A stretch of DNA of 26,028 nucleotides, from assembly GCA_965644495.1 (NCBI GenBank), contig CBFFSA010000076.1:1-26028 (forward strand), written 5' to 3'. Within the stretch, counting starts at the first letter, position 1; every line of letters begins with the position of its first letter. The stretch comes from Perkinsela sp. CCAP 1560/9 (taxonomy: Eukaryota > Protista > Euglenozoa: Kinetoplastea). Shown here piece after piece: positions 10,890 to 20,036 of this stretch. The notes below the pieces were generated by a model that searched no databases, was not told the DNA's origin, and was given only the letters and a program-made list of their open reading frames with translations. The position numbers were made by a program, and so were the translations under genes.

Positions 10890-11412
10890 TACCAATTTTT
10901 CGAGGATCTTTGGGATTCTTTGCGCCATAACACAATGAACCATTTGTTCATTCATCATCGATCTCATCATCTCGTCTTGTTCGTTTCCACCAGGTCCTGC
11001 TATTTTTTTCGCTTTTTTTTTCTATTCGAAGCGTTTTGCTCTTTCCGAATCAAACGGAGACATTCTTCAGTCTGCACACGTCTTACTTGGGCGCTAGCAA
11101 GAAGAGAAGTGTGTGGGTGAATAATAATCGAGTGAACGGCGGTTAGCGGTCCACATGTGAAAATGCGGGACACGCTGAACACATCATCGCTCTTTGTCTT
11201 TATTTGTAATCAAGAAGAACGACCGGATCGGCTTTGCAGATGATCCGACGTCAAAGGAGAGAAAGAGGGAGAGAGAGATTGGAAGAGAATCAAAGGTCGA
11301 CTTTGGGAAATGATCAAATACACATGAGAGCAACCCAGGTATCAGAAGAGTAACGCTTGTTGCCTCTGTGCAAGTCTCCCAAGTATCTTCGATCGTCAGT
11401 TTGTTTTCCATT
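10890..11412 (-). other. Possible fragmentary spliced gene divergent from GPCR copy 2 (unidentified)
   Basis: ATG ORF MENKLTIEDTW..., and an exon-like segment ..VHSIIIHPHTSLLASAQ followed by a gtaaga donor (weak WD40-like look). No full model could be built. Confidence 0.25.
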
Positions 11413-11957
11413 TCGAGAAGTTGAAAAAGAACACCTCCTCCTCTCCCACGCCATCTTGATCCCACCCAAAAATTTTGAGTGAAAAAGAACCTAATTATCA
11501 TCCTTTTTGGCAATTGGGTTCATATCGCCTTTCCGCGTTTTTTTGGGGTCTTTTTTCCTATCCACTTTGCCACATCACTTCCACAGTCGTGTTTCAGAGC
11601 CAAAAAATGCGGGTTGACCTCTGGCTGTGTTCTCTCCCAAGAAATTTTTTTGTCCCAAAGTGGAGAGACGCAATTCTTGAGGTGAGAGAAGAGAAACTTT
11701 TGGGTACCCAGGAGATTATTGAGTTCTCATTACTCAACTTATACTCCTATGGGTTGACAGGGGATTATTCCCCTTGGGTTTCCGTTGAAAATGGGACCTA
11801 CCCGCTCAAAGTTTGCCACCTCCCCCAACGTTTTAGCGCCCCAAATTTAGCATTGATAGAATCGGTGAATCGATTCACTGCTGACGTGGCAATTGATCCT
11901 TTTTTTGGGGGCTTTTTGTTTCCGCTTCAAAATTTTGTGTTTCTTTTCTCTTCTCTG

Positions 11958-14300
11958 ATGTCTCGACAATTTTCTCCTTTCTTCGTATTGTTGTGCCTTC
12001 TGGTGGCAATAATACACTCACCAACAACCAATGCACAACGCCCCCATGAAGGGGTGCACATCACATTTGTTGTTGAGGATCGTGTGAGTGCCAATCTTTT
12101 TCGCCATCAAGAAGCTTTCCAAGACGCCAGCGGTGCCACCGTGGATATTATCGAATTTCCTTTTGATGACCTCTTTGGCCAAATCATGGGTGATCTGCGT
12201 GATGACAGTCCACTCTATGATGGATTTGTGTTCCCACCAAACCAAATGGTGGACTTTATCAAATGCCCCGATTGTTCGTTGGAGGTGCTCACCGAGCGTG
12301 TCCGCAACAACGAGGAACTGGCTTGGCATGATATCTCTCCGTATTTTCGTTCACATAACTCAGTATTTGATGGTCAAGTGTACACAGTGACATTGGATGG
12401 TGATGTTCACTACCTCTACTACAATCTCGACGTCCTGGAGAAACTTGGGCGATCTGTTCCAACCACCTGGGAAGAGTATGAAGAGATCTCTGCTCTTGCC
12501 CATGGTCGTGACTGGAATGGAGATGGAGAGCCTGATTATGGGAGTTGTATTGCGCGTGCGCCTAAGTTCCAATCTCAGTTTTTCCTTTTCCAAGTAGTAT
12601 CCAGCTTCTTACAATCGAAGGGTAGTTCACAAGGAATCTATTTTGATGTTGATACCATGGATCCATTGGTCGATTCAGAAGGTTTTCGTGAAGGACTCGC
12701 CATGTACATGCGTTTACGTGAGCATGGACCACCTGTAGAGAATACTGATATCGATATCTACCACCTGATGGTAGAGGGCCGATGTGTGTTCGCTCCTACA
12801 TGGGCCGATATTGGTCCTCTCTCACGAGATTCACGTGGCCTTCCCACTTCCACCTGGGACAAGATTGGAGCAGCAATTGGTCCAGGTGTACATCGTGTGT
12901 GGGATTACCAACAAAACAAGTGGCATGTTTGTTCAGAAGAACCCTCTGAGTGTCCATTTGCTGGTGATGATTATGTGAATCATGCTCCATTTGCTGCAAA
13001 TGGTGGATGGAGTGGTGCAATCCCAGAAAACATACCAGATGATCGGAAGAATGCTGCATTTGCCTTCCTCGCTTTCTTGGGTGCCAACTCAGATGTGGAT
13101 GTAATGGCTGGTACAGGGTTTGATCCATACCGTACTTCACATCTTGACCTCGACCTCTGGCTTGCCAGTGGTTTCAATGAGCGTGCAGCTGAGGCCCAAA
13201 TTGCTGGATTAAGTGAAACATTGCGCTCCAGTAACTTGGTGGTGGATTTGCGGATCCAAGGTGCCAATGATTATGTGAATGTGGTGTTGGATGATGAGTT
13301 GTTCCGACTCAACAAAGATGAGATCACACAAGATGAGTTTGTCTCTCGAATTTACTCAGCTTGGCAGGGAATTACTGACGAACTTGGGCGCCGTGAGCTC
13401 CTTCAACAATACCGTGCCACCATAGGGTTACCACCCAAGAATTTTGCAGAGGAGGTTGAAGTGACTGAGGCAGGTCGCATTGCATTGGCTGTTGTTTCAG
13501 GACTCTTTGCTCTCTGTTGTATTTGCCTCTGCATTTTTGTATATTTGTACCGAGACCTCAAGGTGTGGCGCTTTGCTTCGCCAAACTTCTTGTTTGGCTC
13601 TTTAATTGGAGCTATCCTTGCATATGTTGGTATCATCCTGATGTCAGCTGATGCTAGCACTGGGACTTGCACATCTGCATTGTGGTTGTATGTGGTGGGT
13701 ATGAGTCTCATTTTGGGTAATATTTTTGCCAAGACCTATCGTACGTGGCGCCTTGACCAGAATCATTTCTTCCTTATCAGGATAAGTGACCTCCACATTT
13801 TGCCTATTAGTCTTGTGGTGATGTCTCTGGCTATTGTCATCCTCATTGTGTGGACTGTAATGGATGCTCCTACTGTGCACAGGAGCACTAAGGGAGTAGG
13901 TGACCTTGAGTATGTGATGATTTGTGACTCAACTGATCATGGTCTTGAATTCTTTGTGACAACAGTTGCCTACTTTGGTTTTCTCCTTCTCGTTGCCCTC
14001 TTCCTCTCATTCAACACTCGTAATGTTGGTGCTGCTGTCAATGAATCGAAAGTGCTTACTTTATGTGTGTACAACCTGACACAAGTACTCATCATTGTTA
14101 TTGTATGTGCATTGGCTCTCGACTCCCCAGATGCTCGGTACATCCTGGTTGTCATCTGTTTGATATTTGGAGTCACAGTGACCATTGGATTATTGTTCAT
14201 TCCCAAGGTTTGGATCACAATCCAGGGAAAAGGAGATGAAGTGTCTGTGGTTCGTACAATCGATTTTCTGCCCAGTACGGATGCTGATCTTGACCAATAA
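11958..14300 (+). CDS. Solute-binding-domain / class C GPCR fusion, copy 2 (780 aa)
   Basis: ATG 11958 starts a signal peptide MSRQFSPFFVLLCLLVAIIHSPTTNA. Solute-binding motifs FQDASGATVDIIEFPF, LDGDVHYLYYNLDVL and PTTWEEY; class C 7TM. The upstream part of the 941-aa track ORF has no counterpart in copies 3 and 4. Confidence 0.92.
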   Translation: MSRQFSPFFVLLCLLVAIIHSPTTNAQRPHEGVHITFVVEDRVSANLFRHQEAFQDASGATVDIIEFPFDDLFGQIMGDLRDDSPLYDGFVFPPNQMVDFIKCPDCSLEVLTERVRNNEELAWHDISPYFRSHNSVFDGQVYTVTLDGDVHYLYYNLDVLEKLGRSVPTTWEEYEEISALAHGRDWNGDGEPDYGSCIARAPKFQSQFFLFQVVSSFLQSKGSSQGIYFDVDTMDPLVDSEGFREGLAMYMRLREHGPPVENTDIDIYHLMVEGRCVFAPTWADIGPLSRDSRGLPTSTWDKIGAAIGPGVHRVWDYQQNKWHVCSEEPSECPFAGDDYVNHAPFAANGGWSGAIPENIPDDRKNAAFAFLAFLGANSDVDVMAGTGFDPYRTSHLDLDLWLASGFNERAAEAQIAGLSETLRSSNLVVDLRIQGANDYVNVVLDDELFRLNKDEITQDEFVSRIYSAWQGITDELGRRELLQQYRATIGLPPKNFAEEVEVTEAGRIALAVVSGLFALCCICLCIFVYLYRDLKVWRFASPNFLFGSLIGAILAYVGIILMSADASTGTCTSALWLYVVGMSLILGNIFAKTYRTWRLDQNHFFLIRISDLHILPISLVVMSLAIVILIVWTVMDAPTVHRSTKGVGDLEYVMICDSTDHGLEFFVTTVAYFGFLLLVALFLSFNTRNVGAAVNESKVLTLCVYNLTQVLIIVIVCALALDSPDARYILVVICLIFGVTVTIGLLFIPKVWITIQGKGDEVSVVRTIDFLPSTDADLDQ

Positions 14301-14618
14301 GAAATCTATTCTTATTATTATTATTTTGAATCAGTGTGATGATGATTTCCATACAAAAATTATAATTTAAACTCTTTTCAATTCCATTCAAATAAAAATA
14401 AAGAATTTGAATGTAAACTCTCTCTCTTTTTCAATTTTTTTATTTGAATATTTCTTGTCTTTGTTTTCCAAGATCAGATCAACACTGAAGTCACAATATT
14501 CTCTCCATTATTGTACTCCATTCAAACAATAATGTGAAGGTATGTTTGGATCAATGTGCTGATGGAGACTGTTTCTTGTCAAATAATCAACCAGAACTGA
14601 AATTCCAAGATGGAGAAC
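14301..14618 (+). repeat. Conserved 3' flank of the GPCR unit (copy 2)
   Basis: Matches 1865-2189; similarity stops abruptly after atggagaac where the Gypsy-containing segment begins. Confidence 0.9.
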
Positions 14619-17600
14619 TGAACACGTCTACTTTGGTACAGACTAAAGAAGGTGTGTCAGAAATATGTTGAATGGACAACTGAAGAGCGGTCCTCAGAAG
14701 TCTCACGAAAAGTGAGAAACTTCCTGATGACATCATCAATGGTGTTCTTTATTTGGATTCACAGAAGGTCGACTTGGAGGAGACCAAGGGTCGACTTGAA
14801 GGAGATTGGGAATTGACTTGGAGGAGATCAAGAGTCGGATCAAACAAATAGAGCAGAGAGCCAAGTGTCTTCAGAGTAGCGCACATTGCTCGTGTGCACT
14901 CTCCCCGCCCGAGAAGTCCTTCGTTTAGGAGAAACGGAGGTGCTCGAAGAAGAGCTCGAGGAGCTTGAAGAGCTTGAGGACTTGGAAGAGGAAGAAGACC
15001 TCTTGGTCGATTTAGAGGTTGAAGATTTGGAGGTTTTCGATGATTTAGAGGAAGAGGAAGAGGAAGAAGACTTCTTGGGTGACTTGGAAGTCGATGATTT
15101 GGAGGATGATGACTTAGAAGAAGATGATTTAGAAGGAGGTGGATTCAGAGGGTGTTTCTGATGATATCTTTCGATTTGTTCTGAAGCATCAATTTGTGAA
15201 ACATGGATCCATTCAGCATTGGCCTTTCAGTAGTGTTTGAAATGCACTCGATAATAAAGTTCTCCATTTGAATACTTATGCTTAAGGATTTCCTTCACTT
15301 CAAAATCATAACCATCATCATCTTCAACAATCTCTTCGGGTGCTGGCTCTGAATTAACAATAGATATTTCATTTGATTCAGGATGCAGAGTAATCTCGTA
15401 CCGAACATGGAGTTTCTTTAAGTTCTGAACGTTTTGGATTTCTGAATTCTTCTCTCGTTTGAGTTCTTGAATCCGGTAACTTCCATTCTTAAGATCCTCC
15501 ACAACCACATAAATCTCTTGGTAATAATAGGGTCTGTACTTCTTCGCAATCTCTTTTCCTTTTGATTTGTTTCTCTTCAACACTTGATCACCAACCTTCA
15601 ACACAGTGTATGTTCCTTCATTTGCTTTGTCATATCGTTGTTTTTGTTTCACAGCCACTTTCTCTCTCTCCTCTCGAACCCAATTAATCACGCCCTCCCT
15701 CTCAGTTTGTAGCTTCTTGACGTAGTCATCGATCAGTACCACTGGTTTGTTCACAGAGCCGAAGAGAGAATCGATTGGCATAATTGGATGTCTCCCAAAG
15801 TGAAGATAGAAAGGTGTGTAACCAGTCGAGGAGGAACGAGAAGTATTGAAAGCAAATTCCACAAGAGGTAAGAGAAGGTCCCAATCGTCTGCATATTTAT
15901 CAACAAATGAGCGAATGATTGATTCCGTAACTTTGTGGGAACATTCAACACGACCGTTACTTTCGGAGTTGTAGGGGGCAATAAAGGTTTGTTTCATTCC
16001 GAGAAGCAGGGTCAGTTCTGCAAAAATTTGATTTGCAAATTCTGAACCATTATCCGTTACTATCCGCAAAGGCATTGAATTAACACAAACATACTGAAGT
16101 AAGGCTTCAGCAGAGGCTTCGGCAGAGGGATCTGGAATTGCATACAGACGTATATAGCCACTAAAGTTATCAAGGATAGCCAAAATAAAAGAATTCCCGC
16201 GAGCAGTGACTTTTGGTTCCTTTGTGCAATCCAGGTGGAGTAAAATTCCAGGATAAGAAGCCATATAAGGGTTTAAATCAGATGTCAATGTCTTTGTTTT
16301 TGAGTTGATCGCACAATTAAGGCAACGGTGATAGTAACCTTTGATCGCAGCACTCATACCAGGGAAATAATAGGAGACGGCAATTGCATCATAAAGTCGC
16401 TCGAACTTGCGGTGTCCGGAGATTAGATCTGAATGATAAGCGTCAAATACTGTATTCCACAAACTCTGGGGCAGAATTGCAGGTGGGAGACAACCAGCAG
16501 CTGTAGTTTCATCCACTTTCCTCAAGATTCCGGATTCATCAACCCAGTACTTGTGAGCAGTTCGTTGGAGTGCCCGAAGATAGCGCTTCCTCTTAGGCAA
16601 GAGGCCATTAATCAAGTAATTAATAATCATTGAGCAAAACTTATCTTTCCTTTGAGCTTGAGCAAGGTAAGGAAGTTCAACTAAAACCTGATCAATGTCA
16701 TCCGTATCCACTTCAACATTTTCAGAACTTTCTTTTGCTGCGGAAAGTGGCAGAGGCAGTGATCGAATAGGAGGAATGTCACGAATTTCCGGCTCACTGA
16801 TTAATTCAATTGTTTCCAAAATGTCGTTTTGTCTCGAGAGGATATGGGCTTTTCCTGAAGAAGATTGTCCCAAATCCACCAACTCTTCAAACCAACAAGT
16901 CACATAATCCTTTGAAGTGGCCTTATCATGATATCCAACATACTGGCGGCTTAGAGCATCAGGGATTGCCATCAACTTTCCAGGTTTGTGAATGACCTTT
17001 GGGTGATATTCTAGAATTCGAGCAACCCAATCGCGCAGCATATCATGGTTCGGTACTTTCTGTTGACCCGTTTTAAACACAGATTTGAGAGATTCGCAAT
17101 CACAGAACACAATAGGATTTCGACCACGGACGTAATACTTGAAGTTGTTTAATGCCCACAGGATTCCAAGGCCCTCCCGCAGAGGATTAGTGTACTTCTG
17201 CTGTGTCTCTGTGAGTGTTCGAGAAGCATACTCAATAACTCGGTGGTGGCCATCTTGATCCATCTGAGTGAGAATCGCTCCAAGACCAAGCTTGCTGGTG
17301 TCAACATGGATAAAAAATTCTTTTGAGAAGTCAGGATGGGCCATACAGGTTTCGGATGTCAAGAGCTCCTTTAAGAGATGTATCTCCTTGATGGATTCTT
17401 GGGATAGCGAAAACTTCTTTGGATCCATCACTTTGGCTTTTCTCAGGTGTGTTGTTAAACTGGATGAACGAGGGATGAACCGTTTTAACCAAGTAACCAT
17501 TCCCAAAAATCTCTCAACTTCCTTTGGAGTAGTCGGAAGTGGGTAATTCTGGATTGCCTCAACTTTTTTCGGATTTGGCTTCAAACCATCCTTCGTCGCA

Positions 17601-19678
17601 ATAAATCCAAGAATTTCAAAATTCGGCTTGCAAAACGAGCACTTTGCTGGTTGGAGCATCAAATCATTGTCCCTCAATCTTTGGAAAATTTTCGTCAGAT
17701 CAGCCAGATGTTGTTCAAACGTTGAGCTGTAACAAAGGATATCATCGATGTAGGCAAAACAACATTGCCAAACCAGACCGCTCAGGACCGTTTCAATAAA
17801 CCGTTGTTGTGTTGCTGGAGCGTTACATAACCCAAAAGGCGTCGAGAGAAATTCCCAGAGACCATATTTGCTGGTAAAAGCAGCCTTTTCAATGTCTCCT
17901 TCTCTGATTGGGATCGACCAGAAAGTCTCAGACAGGTCAATAGAGGAAAAATAAGAAGAACTGCCAAGTGCAGCTAAGATTTCATCCATACGGGGTAGTG
18001 GATAGGAGTCCTTCTTTGTTTTTTCATTCAGGCGACGGAAATCCACACAAAACCGAACATTTCCATTCTTCTTGTCCACCAAGAGAATTGGAGCAGCCCA
18101 AGGAGAGTTAGATTTTCTAATCACTTTCCTTTTCACCATCTTGTCAATATGTTTCCATATGATGCAGTCTTCGACAGGTGTGGTTCTACGGGGTTTTGCT
18201 CTCAAGGGTGGACCCTCTGCCTCGATTGGATGACTCGTTGCCGTGGTCCTAGTAATTGGACCTTCTCGCTTCTCATCATCCCACAAGTCTTGGAAAGAAA
18301 CCAACATCTCCGCTAATTGTATTTTCTGCCTGTCATTCAATTCAGCATTATCCAAACCAAATTTCTCATATGCTTCTTTGAATTTATCAGGCGGATCTTT
18401 TTTATGTACAGTAGACTTGTTTTGGGTGGTGATGTGAGTAAGCAATTGTATCACAGATGAGTCACAATCGAGGTCAGGGTCGGGGTGTCTGGTGGATCGA
18501 TCAGATTTGCCATTCTGATGATCGTGCAACTTCCGTCTCTTCTGTTTAGGTTTTTGAAATAAATCCTCATCCTCAATCATTTTCTCAAGCCATGGTCCAG
18601 CGAGTGCACAGAGATAATTGGCACCAGTCTTAGCATTAACTGATTTTGTGCGAGGTGGTTGTTTCTTGGGTACAGATTTTCGAAGACAGGGTTCAATCAA
18701 AGAGTGTTTCAAGAGTTGAAGAAGCTCGGTGTTTTTGACATCATGGTCATTAAGCTGATAAACCGTTCCAACTTCGAGATTTTTCTTCACTTGGACCTCA
18801 GTCTCAGAATGATTCATCACAAGAACATTCAGTGTGTTGCGTTTTTTACCTTGCTCGATTGTAACCAAGCCAGGAAGGAATAACAAACTCTCTGATCCAA
18901 TTGATGGGAAGAAGAATCCTTCAGGTGACAATGCACGGCCGTTCAGTGTTAGTGGAAGGAACACTGATGATCTCAGAGGGATGGCCTTTGTCTCAGCCGA
19001 GAGTACCAAGGTCTTATCTCGCCTCTCTACGTCGACGTAGAAATCTGGATCTGTGACCTGAGGAAGGGTGATGTTGAGCTGTGCCGAATTTGCCTGGATG
19101 CATCTCCGACCTTTCCACGTTAAATGACCATCTCTGAGGCCTAGGCGACATTGTTTTGTGTTTGAACAGGAAGGTCATCAATAATGAAGAACCAGAGTCC
19201 TTGGGAAAACCTCTTTCCGACTTGACCACGGTGTGAATCTCTTCATTAATCGCAACTTCGGTTGAGTTTCCCACTTTGACTTGAAGCTCGTCAGCTTGCC
19301 ATCAGTTCAGGATCTCAAATCCAGGACGCGAAAGTTGCTGACGACTGATCGCATTGATACCAGATCCCGTGTCTATACAAGTAGTAGTTGCTAATCCACC
19401 TGCCTGAGACACAACTTCAAATGCACAACCAATATCCCGGCTTTCCGCATTGATTACTAAATTCAGAAGAACATTGATCACATGATCTGAAGGAAGGTTG
19501 GTATGGGATGATGGATCAGCCCGAACGTGAACATCAGAGTGTTTCAGAGGTTCTTGAACGTGAGTGTTGGACTGACTCAGAGGTTCTTTGAATTCAGTTG
19601 AGCAACTAGATGAAATCGAAGAATACAATACAATGGGCTCAGAGCAGTAGAAAAACCCAATGGGAAAACTGGTGTTCA
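14619..19678 (-). mobile_element. Degenerate Ty3/Gypsy retrotransposon 1 with chromodomain (no gag or clear LTRs)
   Basis: PR-RT-RH-IN-chromo order. Left edge set by loss of flank similarity; right edge tentative (TGAACAC...GTGTTCA 7-bp inverted ends). Confidence 0.85.
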
Positions 19679-19679
19679 A
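14840..19679 (-). pseudogene. pol: pol polyprotein (protease, RT, RNase H, integrase, chromodomain, Ser/Lys-rich tail)
   Basis: Protease CIDTGS; RT SPWAAPILLV, CVDFRRLN, PFGLCNAP, YIDD; RNase H HVDTS/PDALSR; integrase H..GH..CLNC, LHLD, VTDNGSEF, NGRVE; chromodomain FEVKEILKHK..YRVHFKHY*KANAEWI. In-frame TGA at 19302-19304 and 15227-15229, and frameshifts in the protease region (~19160-19220). The frame continues past 15227 to a stop at 14840. Confidence 0.92.
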
Positions 19680-19715
19680 AGTTTAAAAAAAGAAAAGTCG
19701 CTCACTCAAAAAATA

Positions 19716-20036
19716 CAAGACCAAAAAATACAATTCCCAACTCACTCAGGGCAACCTCAAACACCCAAAAAAAAACAACAAAAAACAAACAAAAAAAAGA
19801 AAAATAAAGGGGGTCTTTTTGACTTTTGTTCCCGAAAAAACTTTTGTTCCCGAAAGTCTTTTTTCGGCGAAAAGACATATCGATAAAATTTGGAGAATAA
19901 TCCTATTTGGGGTGCCGAGGGATCAGAGTAGGACCTAATTTAGTTTTTTGCCAAACACAAAAACGTGACTCGAAACTTTTGGAAAGATTTATTCTCTTTT
20001 TCGTGGTAACCGCAGTTGATTGATCTCTTTTCTCAT
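19716..20036 (+). promoter_or_regulatory. Upstream region shared by GPCR copies 3 and 4 (putative promoter/5' UTR)
   Basis: Homologous to 25200-25454 and not to the sequence upstream of copy 2. Contains a tandem duplication acttttgttcccgaaa (19822-19837, 19840-19855) absent from copy 4. Function inferred from position only. Confidence 0.6.

Noticed and set aside
11475-11957. 161-aa N-terminal extension in the 941-aa track ORF
   Set aside because: Non-ATG start, absent from copies 3 and 4, and lies before the signal peptide.
14619-19678. TGAACAC...GTGTTCA as true LTR termini of element 1
   Set aside because: No direct LTR repeat, polypurine tract or target-site duplication found; kept only as a tentative boundary.
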